NCBI GenBank assembly: GCA_050123235.1
Contig: JASFHL010000009.1
Location: 1-52,479 of the forward strand
Reading direction: 5' to 3'
DNA from: Candidatus Woesebacteria bacterium
Lineage (GTDB): Bacteria > Patescibacteriota > Microgenomatia > UBA1400 > PJMF01
DNA: 52,479 nt
The notes beneath the pieces are model-generated. The model had not been told where the DNA came from, did no database searches, and saw only the letters and a list, made by a program, of their open reading frames with translations. Below are positions 1 through 7,909 of the stretch, in pieces. The stretch's first letter is position 1; each line of letters opens with the position of its first letter. Position numbers and translations under genes: made by a program.

Positions 1-2
1 AA

Positions 3-551
3 AGTTTCCTCAGGATGTAGGATTCCTAAAGTATCTGGTAGCATAAAACGTTTTATTTTTTCATTTTTTAGCCCATTTACTAAAAAAAATAGATAATCAG
101 GAGAATTTTTAATTCCATTGGACCAATCTTCTAAGTAAAGGTTAACTTTCATTTGAAATTGTTTAGCTTTATTAATTGTTTTTTTAATATCATCTAAATG
201 CCGCTGTGGAGTTTTTCTAAGTTGTACAGAAACATGTTTGAGTGAACCTTTACAAAGAAGATTCACAACTCTTCCTCCAGCCTGTTTGATCCATTGAAGT
301 GATTTACCGTCATCAATAAAAGCTAAAATTTCTATTTTTTCTAAATGATTATTTTTTTTAGCCCAATTAGTAATTTTTTTAACAGCTTCAAATTCTCCTT
401 TAGATACTCTGGCAGAAGCCACTTCAATTCGATCGACTAAAACTTCCTCTATTAGCATTTTAGCAATTAATAGTTTGTCTTCATGGTTAAAAGTAACTCC
501 AGCTGTTTGTTCACCATCTCTGAGAGTGGTATCCATAATGCTAATTTTCAT
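3..551 (-). CDS. cimA: (R)-citramalate synthase-like DRE-TIM enzyme (LeuA/CimA family); runs off the left window edge
   Basis: Not in the ORF track; translated by hand from ATG at 551: MKISIMDTTLRDGEQTAGVTF...DRIEVASARVSKGE...YLEDWSNG...MLPDTLGIL. DTTLRDGEQ is the LeuA/CimA motif. EVASARVS and YLEDWSNG resemble Leptospira/Bacteroidetes-type CimA. SD AAAGGA upstream. Confidence 0.75.
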   Translation of the reverse strand, partial: MKISIMDTTLRDGEQTAGVTFNHEDKLLIAKMLIEEVLVDRIEVASARVSKGEFEAVKKITNWAKKNNHLEKIEILAFIDDGKSLQWIKQAGGRVVNLLCKGSLKHVSVQLRKTPQRHLDDIKKTINKAKQFQMKVNLYLEDWSNGIKNSPDYLFFLVNGLKNEKIKRFMLPDTLGILHPEET

Positions 552-567
552 TTTTTCCTTTCTAAAT

Positions 568-595
568 AAAAAAATCTCCCTTAAGGGAGATTTTT
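568..595 (-). terminator. Attenuator terminator upstream of cimA
   Basis: Minus strand AAAAATCTCCC-TTAA-GGGAGATTTTTTT: perfect hairpin ending in a U7 tract, 16 nt before the cimA ATG. Confidence 0.85.
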
Positions 596-616
596 AAACT
601 ACAATATTAAATCCCC

Positions 617-670
617 CTATGTAGAGAGAGTAATAATAATGCTATTGAAAGTTTTTAAACTTTTGTTCAT
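617..670 (-). CDS. Ile-rich attenuation leader peptide MNKSLKTFNSIIITLST
   Basis: ATG(670)..TAG(617) with three tandem ATT codons. Lies between a consensus promoter and an antiterminator/terminator pair. Confidence 0.8.
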   Translation of the reverse strand: MNKSLKTFNSIIITLST

Positions 671-698
671 TTTTGATTTTTATTTTAGATGAGTAGTA

Positions 699-727
699 AT
701 TATATAACTTAAGAGAAATGCTGTCAA
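699..727 (-). promoter_or_regulatory. sigma70 promoter for the leader-cimA transcript
   Basis: Perfect TTGACA-17 nt-TATAAT on the minus strand. Confidence 0.85.
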
Positions 728-745
728 AGAAAATTTTTCTATAAG

Positions 746-1489
746 TTAAACTATCAGTTCATAATTCTGACATTTTTTTACTAATTCCTTAAATACTTGG
801 CTAGTAATTGTTTGATCTTTATCAACCAATTCTTCTTCCGGATTATAGTGAGTCTCCACTACTAAACCATCTGCTCCTGCTGCAATGGCTGACAAAGCTA
901 AATGAGGAACCATATCTCTTCTGCCAGCAGTGTGCGAAGGATCAACAATGACTGGCATTTTGTGATCATGTTTAACTACTAACATAGCATTTAAATCTAA
1001 AGTAAAACGCATTGCATCTGCTCCAGTTCTAATACCTCTTTCACATAAAATAACTTTATCTTTACCGATGTATTCCGCAGCTCCTAACCATTCTTTAACT
1101 GTAGCTATTAAGCCTCGTTTTAAAATGACAGGCCTTGGATCATCTTTCATCCTTTTGAGTAGTTCATAATTTTGCATGTTTCTAGCTCCTACCCATAAAA
1201 TATCAGCAACATCCTCTACAATTCCTATTTGATCTGGAGCTACCATTTCCATTACAACAGGCAAGCCAGTTTTTTCTTTTAATTCTTTGATCCAAGGAAT
1301 GCCTTTTTTTCCAACTCCCTGAAACGAATCAGGTTTGGTTCTTGGTTTCCAAAGTTGAGCACGAATAGCATGAGCTCCTGCTTTTTTAACTTCTTTAGCA
1401 ATACGTAAAATTTGTTCTCTTGAGGCAACAGAGCAAGGCCCACCAATAATTAAAGGTTTATTTTTTAATAGTCTTTTTCTGCTTAGCAT
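746..1489 (-). CDS. aroF: DAHP synthase type I-beta, catalytic barrel only
   Basis: GPCSV, KPRT, GARNMQN, LKRG, CERGIRT, DPSH and GADGL motifs. KPRT rather than KANRS indicates DAH7PS, not KDO8PS. 247 aa, no ACT or chorismate mutase extension. Confidence 0.9.
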   Translation of the reverse strand: MLSRKRLLKNKPLIIGGPCSVASREQILRIAKEVKKAGAHAIRAQLWKPRTKPDSFQGVGKKGIPWIKELKEKTGLPVVMEMVAPDQIGIVEDVADILWVGARNMQNYELLKRMKDDPRPVILKRGLIATVKEWLGAAEYIGKDKVILCERGIRTGADAMRFTLDLNAMLVVKHDHKMPVIVDPSHTAGRRDMVPHLALSAIAAGADGLVVETHYNPEEELVDKDQTITSQVFKELVKKCQNYELIV

Positions 1490-1525
1490 AATGATTTCCT
1501 TTTTTGATTTAATTAATTGAAGTTT

Positions 1526-2452
1526 TTAATTTTTCAAATTTAAATCTTTTAAATTTATTTTTTTAGTACAAGCTTTTTTCATAAATTGATAAATTTCTTT
1601 TTTATAAGGAATAGCTGTACCATTACCTGTTTTTCTACATTGCATGGCAGCTACTAAATTAGCAAAGTTAATAATTTTTTCCTCATTCCATTTGTTCAAA
1701 ACACCAAATCCGTAAGCACCACGGAAAACATCTCCTGCTCCAAGAGTATCAACTACATCGACTTGGTAGGCTGGATAAAAATTAGTTTTTTTGCCGTTAT
1801 AACTCAAACTGCCTAATCCTCCAGCTGTGACAATAATTGTTTTTTGAGCGATTTGTTGTAATTGTTTTAGATTATCCAATTGACTAAGTTTGTTGTTGTA
1901 TTTTTTTAAACTTTCAATTGGAATGATAGGATGTTCTGCTTTTTGGAGCATACTTAATGTCTTGCTTGAAATTTCAGTAGAAGGATCGATTACAATTGGC
2001 GTTGTTATTTTTTTCTTTTTTAAAATTTCTTGAAAAGCGATTGGTTCATGTCTATCAATAATAATTAAATCAATAGTTCTAATTAATGATGAACTAAGGT
2101 TTTTAGTGGGTCTATGTTTAATTCGGTCTTTAATAATTGTGCGCGAACCTGTTTTGCGATTGACTAAGACAGTATTAGTTTTAGTTTTAGCTTGTTGATT
2201 AATAATTAATTTAATATTTTCTTTTTTTAATTTCTTCTTGATGACTTTAGCTGTGTCATCATTGCCTAAAGAACAGATTAAAGTACATTGCACACCTAGT
2301 CGCGCTAATAAAATTAAAGCTGCTGGTACAGGGCCACCAACTGAATAAGAAGTTTGTGAAGCTTGTGTTTTTTCTCCGTCTTTTGGATAGTGCTTGATGA
2401 TATTGCTTTTGTCTAAAACGACTTCACCAATACCAAGTACTTTCATTTTCAT
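1526..2452 (-). CDS. PfkB/ribokinase-family carbohydrate kinase
   Basis: GGPVPAALILLARLG and VVDTLGAGDVFRG signatures. Start moved to ATG 2452 (AGGAGG 10 nt upstream), because the track's 2488 start runs through the attenuator. Confidence 0.88.
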   Translation of the reverse strand: MKMKVLGIGEVVLDKSNIIKHYPKDGEKTQASQTSYSVGGPVPAALILLARLGVQCTLICSLGNDDTAKVIKKKLKKENIKLIINQQAKTKTNTVLVNRKTGSRTIIKDRIKHRPTKNLSSSLIRTIDLIIIDRHEPIAFQEILKKKKITTPIVIDPSTEISSKTLSMLQKAEHPIIPIESLKKYNNKLSQLDNLKQLQQIAQKTIIVTAGGLGSLSYNGKKTNFYPAYQVDVVDTLGAGDVFRGAYGFGVLNKWNEEKIINFANLVAAMQCRKTGNGTAIPYKKEIYQFMKKACTKKINLKDLNLKN

Positions 2453-2455
2453 AAT

Positions 2456-2480
2456 AAAAAAACCTCCTAGTAGGAGGTTT
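2456..2480 (-). terminator. Attenuator terminator that also sequesters the PfkB Shine-Dalgarno
   Basis: Minus strand AAACCTCCT-ACT-AGGAGGTTTTTTT. The 3' arm is the AGGAGG SD. Confidence 0.85.
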
Positions 2481-2506
2481 GTCTGCATTCTGGTTTTATT
2501 TTCTTA

Positions 2507-2581
2507 TTACAACAAAGACCTCCTTTTATTTAGGAAGTAAAAGTAAAAGAAATACCAGTTACTTGTTTTGTATGTATTCAT
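2507..2581 (-). CDS. Aromatic-rich leader peptide MNTYKTSNWYFFYFYFLNKRRSLL
   Basis: ATG(2581)..TAA(2507) with eight consecutive aromatic codons (TGG TAT TTC TTT TAC TTT TAC TTC). Confidence 0.88.
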   Translation of the reverse strand: MNTYKTSNWYFFYFYFLNKRRSLL

Positions 2582-2590
2582 TAAGTATAG

Positions 2591-2619
2591 ATTATAAATA
2601 TGCAATTATACTTTTGCAA
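2591..2619 (-). promoter_or_regulatory. Putative sigma70 promoter for the aromatic leader
   Basis: TTGCAA-17 nt-TATAAT, overlapping the ridA 3' end, 9 nt before the leader ATG. Confidence 0.65.
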
Positions 2620-2980
2620 TAGCCACTGCCTCAATTTCGATCTTAGCTCCTTTTGGTAATTCTGCTACCGCAACAGTAGATCGAGCTGGTTTATGTCCTT
2701 GCAAAAATTTTCCATAAATTTCATTAACAATAGCATAATCATTAACGTTAATTAAAAAAATCGTTGTCTTAATCACATCTTTGACAGTTACTCCAGCAGC
2801 CTTTAAAACATTGGCTAAGTTTTCCAGAGCCTTTTGGCACTGTGCTTCTACTGCTTCATCAACGAGATCCCCATTTGTATCAATGCCAATCTGGCCAGAA
2901 GTAAAAATAAATTTATCTACTTTAATAGCCGGTGAATAAGGACCAACAGCTTTACTATTTTTGGGATTAATAATTTGCAT
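2606..2980 (-). CDS. ridA: RidA-family enamine/imine deaminase
   Basis: GPYSPA, FTSGQI, PARSTV and LPKGAKIEIEA motifs. Confidence 0.9.
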   Translation of the reverse strand: MQIINPKNSKAVGPYSPAIKVDKFIFTSGQIGIDTNGDLVDEAVEAQCQKALENLANVLKAAGVTVKDVIKTTIFLINVNDYAIVNEIYGKFLQGHKPARSTVAVAELPKGAKIEIEAVAIAKV

Positions 2981-2986
2981 ATTTAA

Positions 2987-3340
2987 TTACTTACTGACTT
3001 TATCAACGATTTTCTTGAAAGTCGCCTCATCACTGACAGCTAATTCTGCAAGCATTTTTCTGTTAAGCATGATTTTAGCTTTTTTGAGTTGATTGATAAA
3101 TCTTGAATATTGAAGTTTTTCATCAATTGTTTTTAAAGCAGCATTAATTCTAATAATCCAGAGTTTTCTCATATCTCTTTTTCTCAGTTTTCTACCAATA
3201 TAAGCATATTGCCCAGCATGTAGTACTGCTTCATGGGCTCTCTTAAATAATCTACTATTAGTCCCACGATAACCTTTAGCTAGTTTTAAAATTTTTTTGT
3301 GTTTACGTCGTCTGACGACTCCAGTTTTTGCTCTAGACAT
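2987..3340 (-). CDS. rplT: 50S ribosomal protein L20
   Basis: MSRAKTG..AKGYRG, RKLWIIRINAA, LNRKMLAELA; operon context. Confidence 0.97.
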   Translation of the reverse strand: MSRAKTGVVRRRKHKKILKLAKGYRGTNSRLFKRAHEAVLHAGQYAYIGRKLRKRDMRKLWIIRINAALKTIDEKLQYSRFINQLKKAKIMLNRKMLAELAVSDEATFKKIVDKVSK

Positions 3341-3361
3341 ATTAACCTTCCTTCAGATTTT

Positions 3362-3565
3362 TTAGGCTAAACCCAACATCTTTTTGATTTTTTTAGCCCA
3401 TTTGCCTTTAACTTCAACAGGAATTTTATAATTCCTAATTGCTTTTTTACTTTTCTTTCTTCTAAGGTGTCTCATGTTTTGTTTTCTTCTGAGAACTTTA
3501 CCAGTAGCTGTGATTTTGAATCTCTTAGCTACGCCTTTTCTAGTTTTTTGTTTAAGTTTCTTCAT
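3362..3565 (-). CDS. rpmI: 50S ribosomal protein L35
   Basis: KQKTRKGVAKRFKITATGK; lies between infC and rplT. Confidence 0.95.
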   Translation of the reverse strand: MKKLKQKTRKGVAKRFKITATGKVLRRKQNMRHLRRKKSKKAIRNYKIPVEVKGKWAKKIKKMLGLA

Positions 3566-3569
3566 AGTT

Positions 3570-4112
3570 CTATTTCTTAGGTGCTAGTTGTGAAATTAGC
3601 TTTTTACCAATAATCTTTGCTTCTATTTCAATTTCCGCTATTTCTTGAACAGCTTCAAAAATTCTAGCAAAAACGTCATACGCTAGATTCTTTTTTGTAA
3701 TTTGCCTACCTTTGAGTTCTATACTGATTTTAACTTTATTGCCTTTTTTCAAAAAAGTCTCGATTTTTTTAATTTTAGAATTAAAATCTTGTTCACCAAT
3801 AAAAATTTTAAATCTTAATTCCTTAACTTTTATTTGTTTGCTAGTCTTTCTATTTTTTGCTTGTTTCTGCTTGAGTTGATATTTATATTTTGATAACTCA
3901 ATAATTTTCGCAATGGGTGGTTTAGCTTTAGCAGTAATTAAAACCAAATCTTTTTCACTTGCTTGAGCTTTTTGGATAGCTTCCCTGGTGGGCATAATAC
4001 CCAACATTTCACCCCGCTCATCTAAAACTCTAACTTTTGGGTAACGAATATAAAAATTCGCTACAATTCTTTGTTTTTGATATTTTATGTGTTTTCTTCG
4101 TTTTCTTATCAC
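3570..4112 (-). CDS. infC: Translation initiation factor IF-3
   Basis: VRVLDERGEMLG, DLVLI, PPIAKII, KELRF, FLKKGNKVK. Start uncertain (GTG 4112 or the following ATA). Confidence 0.93.
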   Translation of the reverse strand: MIRKRRKHIKYQKQRIVANFYIRYPKVRVLDERGEMLGIMPTREAIQKAQASEKDLVLITAKAKPPIAKIIELSKYKYQLKQKQAKNRKTSKQIKVKELRFKIFIGEQDFNSKIKKIETFLKKGNKVKISIELKGRQITKKNLAYDVFARIFEAVQEIAEIEIEAKIIGKKLISQLAPKK

Positions 4113-4217
4113 TCAAGTTAATAATTAATAATAGTTTTATCTTCAGAAGAAGAATTATAACATTGATTAATCAATTGTGTAATGGGTATTAGTCAGGTAT
4201 AATGATCGTTTGTTAAA

Positions 4218-4291
4218 GAATCCTTAGCTCAGTTGGCTAGAGCGCTTCGTTGACATCGAAGAGGTCGCTGGTTCAAGTCCAGCAGGGTTCA
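4218..4291 (+). tRNA. tRNA-Val(GAC), CCA not encoded
   Basis: Cloverleaf: acceptor GAATCCT/AGGGTTC, anticodon arm CTTCG-TTGACAT-CGAAG, T loop TTCAAGT. Confidence 0.95.
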
Positions 4292-4308
4292 CAAATAAGA
4301 ACTTTATT

Positions 4309-4965
4309 CTATCCTCCACTATAAGCATTATATCTCTCATGATGTAGAGCGTCATGAGCAGCTTTAGCTTCATTTCCTGCAAAATCTAAACCAATACGTC
4401 TGCCTTTTTTCTTTTTCTTCTTTTTACTTTTTGCATGCATTTGTGTAGCCCAGGTTCGAGCACTTCTAATTTTCTGTCTTAAAAACATGATAAAAGCTCG
4501 TAGTTTCTGGAAGAAGTTAATGTAATATTGTCCATCTTGTCCTGGATCAACAACTTCGGTCATGAGGGTAAGTTCTACTTCTTTGTTAAATTTAGCTACA
4601 TCTTGGGCTAGGAATTTTAATTCATCGCTGAGTTTATTAATTTCATCTTTGACTCGTTTTTGTCTAGCATTATAAATTTCTGTTTGTTCAACAGGATTAA
4701 CTTTTTCATGGAGTTTTTTTCTGAGAGCTTCTTTTTTAGCTTTTTTTTCCGCTTCTTGCTCTTCGTATTTATCTGGTTGACGTGGAGAGAAATTATTATC
4801 TAGAAAGGATGATCCACCTTTTGCTAAGGTTTCTCCTAATAGATCATTAGATTTTTGTTTTTGAGAATATGCAGATTTTTCCCGTTCTGCTAAAGCTTTA
4901 GCAAAAGGATTAGCTTTTGTTTTCTTTTTAGAACTTGTATTTAATTTTTGTCCTAATTGATTCAT
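4309..4965 (-). CDS. DUF5660-like CPR hypothetical protein
   Basis: Coiled coil, then GQYYINFFQKL..IRSARTW and a poly-Lys tract. Family recalled from memory. TTGACA-16-TATAAT upstream (5014-5041). Confidence 0.6.
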   Translation of the reverse strand: MNQLGQKLNTSSKKKTKANPFAKALAEREKSAYSQKQKSNDLLGETLAKGGSSFLDNNFSPRQPDKYEEQEAEKKAKKEALRKKLHEKVNPVEQTEIYNARQKRVKDEINKLSDELKFLAQDVAKFNKEVELTLMTEVVDPGQDGQYYINFFQKLRAFIMFLRQKIRSARTWATQMHAKSKKKKKKKGRRIGLDFAGNEAKAAHDALHHERYNAYSGG

Positions 4966-5044
4966 ACTTATTGCTTAGGGTTTTTTATGTAATGATTATA
5001 TATCTTTTAAGATATTATAGGATGCAAAATGAATTTGTCAATGA

Positions 5045-6004
5045 TTATAATTTAAATAAATGATCCATTGTTTTTTGTCTTTTAACAATATATTTCAAAT
5101 AAGACTGATATGAGGCATTTTTTTTCATTTTCTCCCTCAAGATTTTATCCTGAATTTTTTCTAAATATTTTTTAATATCTTCTTTAGTAGCGCTTATTTT
5201 TTCTTCTAAAGTAATTTTATTTAAAATAAAATCAAGTTGTAATTTGCCTAAAGAACTAGCTGTGAGTTGTTGTGATAGTTGTTCAAAGCTTAATTTTTGT
5301 GATTTAAGATAATCTTCCAGTCTCAATTTCATTCTTGAGAGATTATTAACTAGTTTCTCTAGTTCTCTTTGAGTTTCTTCTTCAACTAATAATTGAGGAA
5401 TGCTAGGCTTAATTTCAGTAATTAGTTCTTTGAAAATGAATTGCAAAATACTGTCTTTTTTTTGAGTGTCAGTCAGTTTTTGAGCTGTTTTAAATTGAGC
5501 TTTACTATCTGTTTTCTTATTGGCTTTCTTGCTTTGTTTTTTTATCTGTGCTTCTGCTTCTTTGATATGCTTTTCTGCCTGTTTTTTAGCTGTTTTGATG
5601 ATTTTTTTAAAATTTTTAAGATCTATCTCAGGTGCTTCAGCGAAATGTGCTTCTATTTTCCAGTCTTCACCAATTTTGATTTGAATTGGCCTAAATTTTG
5701 GCTGGCTCAATGGCTTTTTCTTATCTTTTTTAATAGCGTTGGTATATAAATCAGGTAATAAACTTTGTAGAGTTTTATTGATAAGTTTAGATTGACCAAT
5801 GATTTCTTCAGCAATTTTTTTGGGAACGCGTCCTTTTCTAAAGCCAGCTGTTTTAACATTTTTGGATAATCTTTTCAAAACTCTGTGATATTCCTCGCTT
5901 GCTTTTTTAGCAGGAATAGTAAGAGTGATGATGCTATTTGGAGCAATCAAAGCTTTTTCCTGTTTTTTATCTGCTTTTGTTTTAGTGTTTGTTTTTTTGC
6001 TCAT
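5045..6004 (-). CDS. tig: Trigger factor lacking the central PPIase domain
   Basis: GFRKGRVP ribosome-binding motif and C-terminal helical domain, joined by a Lys-rich linker in place of FKBP. ATG 6004 chosen (TATAAT 7 nt upstream). Confidence 0.85.
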   Translation of the reverse strand: MSKKTNTKTKADKKQEKALIAPNSIITLTIPAKKASEEYHRVLKRLSKNVKTAGFRKGRVPKKIAEEIIGQSKLINKTLQSLLPDLYTNAIKKDKKKPLSQPKFRPIQIKIGEDWKIEAHFAEAPEIDLKNFKKIIKTAKKQAEKHIKEAEAQIKKQSKKANKKTDSKAQFKTAQKLTDTQKKDSILQFIFKELITEIKPSIPQLLVEEETQRELEKLVNNLSRMKLRLEDYLKSQKLSFEQLSQQLTASSLGKLQLDFILNKITLEEKISATKEDIKKYLEKIQDKILREKMKKNASYQSYLKYIVKRQKTMDHLFKL

Positions 6005-6019
6005 CACCAAGATTATAAC

Positions 6020-7063
6020 CTATAAGACAAGGATTTGTTCTATTAATCGATTACAATACCCCCATTCATTATCATACCAACTAATTACTTTAACTAAGTC
6101 GCCAGCAATTACTTGAGTAAGAGAGAGGTCAACAATTGATGATTCATCTCTTCCAATAATGTCAGAAGAGACAATAGCATCATTAGTGACTGCCACGATA
6201 TTTTTAAATTCTTCTGACTTGGCTGCTGCCTCAAAAATTTTATTTACTTCTTCTTTGTTAGTTATTTTTTCAGTGATGAAAACCATATCAGATAAGGAAC
6301 CAACTGGAGTGGGTACTCTTACTGCCATACCATCAAACAGTCCATTTACTTCAGGTATGATTTTGCTAGTAGCAAGAGCAGCCCCAGTAGTAGTGGGAAT
6401 TATATTTTCTGCCGCAGTTCTTGCCCTCCTAAGATCTTTATGAGAATTATCTTGGGTGTTTTGATCATCAGTATATGAATGAATAGTGGTCATGATAGCT
6501 TTCTTAATGCCAAAATTTTTGAGCATAATTTTGACCACAGGAGCAACGCAATTGGTAGTACAAGAAGCACTGGAGTAAATATTGATACTTTTATCTATCT
6601 CATTGACCCCGATTACAGCTGTACTTACATTGCCGCCTTTGGCAGGAGCAGAGATAAGTACATTTTTGGCTCCTCCTTGAAGATGTAATGAGGCTTGCTC
6701 CTCTGTTCTAAAAACTCCGGTAGCTTCAATTACGGTTTCAACTCCCAATTGTCCCCATGGGATTTTTTCCGGATTTCTTTGAGCAGTAAAAGTAATTTCT
6801 TGATCAGCGATTTTAATCGTACCAAGAATAGGATTTTCATCTGTAGCATGTTTTTTTGATTGAATTCTACTAATTTCAATTTTTTCTGTGAATAAACCAT
6901 AGTTACTGTCATATTTAAGAAGATGTATCCAATCCTCTATTTCCATTGAACCGGAAGTGTTTACTACTTTTAAATCTAATTTATCTCGTTGTTTTTGCCA
7001 CCAGACTCTAAAGCTAGTCCTACCAATGCGGCCGAAACCGTTGATACCAAAATTTTTTGACAT
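6020..7063 (-). CDS. gap: Glyceraldehyde-3-phosphate dehydrogenase type I
   Basis: GINGFGRIGR, ASCTTNC, WYDNEWGY. Confidence 0.97.
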   Translation of the reverse strand: MSKNFGINGFGRIGRTSFRVWWQKQRDKLDLKVVNTSGSMEIEDWIHLLKYDSNYGLFTEKIEISRIQSKKHATDENPILGTIKIADQEITFTAQRNPEKIPWGQLGVETVIEATGVFRTEEQASLHLQGGAKNVLISAPAKGGNVSTAVIGVNEIDKSINIYSSASCTTNCVAPVVKIMLKNFGIKKAIMTTIHSYTDDQNTQDNSHKDLRRARTAAENIIPTTTGAALATSKIIPEVNGLFDGMAVRVPTPVGSLSDMVFITEKITNKEEVNKIFEAAAKSEEFKNIVAVTNDAIVSSDIIGRDESSIVDLSLTQVIAGDLVKVISWYDNEWGYCNRLIEQILVL

Positions 7064-7090
7064 AATTTTCTCCTTAATAAATACTGTAAA

Positions 7091-7834
7091 TTATTCTGCA
7101 AATTGGGTTTTAACTTGATTACTGACGTAAGTGCCTATATTTTCACCAACAATAGCTTTTTCCAAATTATTTTTTTCAAAAAGCTCAAACACCATTAAAG
7201 GCATATTGTTTTCTTTACACATGGCTAGAGCTGCAGTATCCATTACTCGTATTCCTTCCATTTCGATTGCATCTTTGAAACTCAAGTTTTGAAAGCGTCT
7301 TGCTTCTGGGTATTGTTTTGGGTCTTTATTATAAATGCCGTTTACTTTGGTGGCTTTCATCAAAACATTACAATGTAACTCTAAAGCATGTAATGCCGCT
7401 CCTGTATCTGTAGTCACATAGGGAACTCCTGTGCCAGCTGATAAAATTACCACTCTACCCTTTTCTAGGTAACGGATGGCTTTACGTCTAATAAAATTTT
7501 CTGCTACAGCTGGCATATCAAGGGCAGATTGAATTCTAGCTGGTACTCCTAGTTTTTCTAAAGAATCATGTAGAGCTAAACCATTCATAACAGTGGCCAG
7601 CATCCCGATGTAATCAGCGGTTGCTCTGTCAAGACCATTTTTAGATCCAGCTACTCCTCGGAAGATATTACCTCCTCCAATTACAATCGCTATCTGAGCA
7701 TGCATTTTATAAATATTTTTAATTTTTTCAGCCACTGTCATTACTGCTTGAGGATCAATCCCATAAGGCCTGTTGCCCATCATAGACTCTCCTCCTATTT
7801 TAAGCATGATTCGATTGAATCTGATATTAGGCAT
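7091..7834 (-). CDS. pyrH: UMP kinase
   Basis: LKIGGE, GGGNIFRG, DYIGMLATVMN, TTDT, KATKVNGIY. Confidence 0.96.
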   Translation of the reverse strand: MPNIRFNRIMLKIGGESMMGNRPYGIDPQAVMTVAEKIKNIYKMHAQIAIVIGGGNIFRGVAGSKNGLDRATADYIGMLATVMNGLALHDSLEKLGVPARIQSALDMPAVAENFIRRKAIRYLEKGRVVILSAGTGVPYVTTDTGAALHALELHCNVLMKATKVNGIYNKDPKQYPEARRFQNLSFKDAIEMEGIRVMDTAALAMCKENNMPLMVFELFEKNNLEKAIVGENIGTYVSNQVKTQFAE

Positions 7835-7909
7835 AAATTCCTTTCTATAAATTTTTTCTTTTGAAGAAATACTTAAATCTTCATTTGATTCTATTTTAAT
7901 TATGCTTGT

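Noticed and set aside
746-1489. KDO8P synthase (kdsA) as an alternative call
   Set aside because: KPRT motif rather than KANRS, and an aromatic leader upstream.
2453-2488. N-terminal extension MQTNLLLGGFFI on the PfkB kinase
   Set aside because: It is a translation of the attenuator hairpin; the SD supports ATG 2452.
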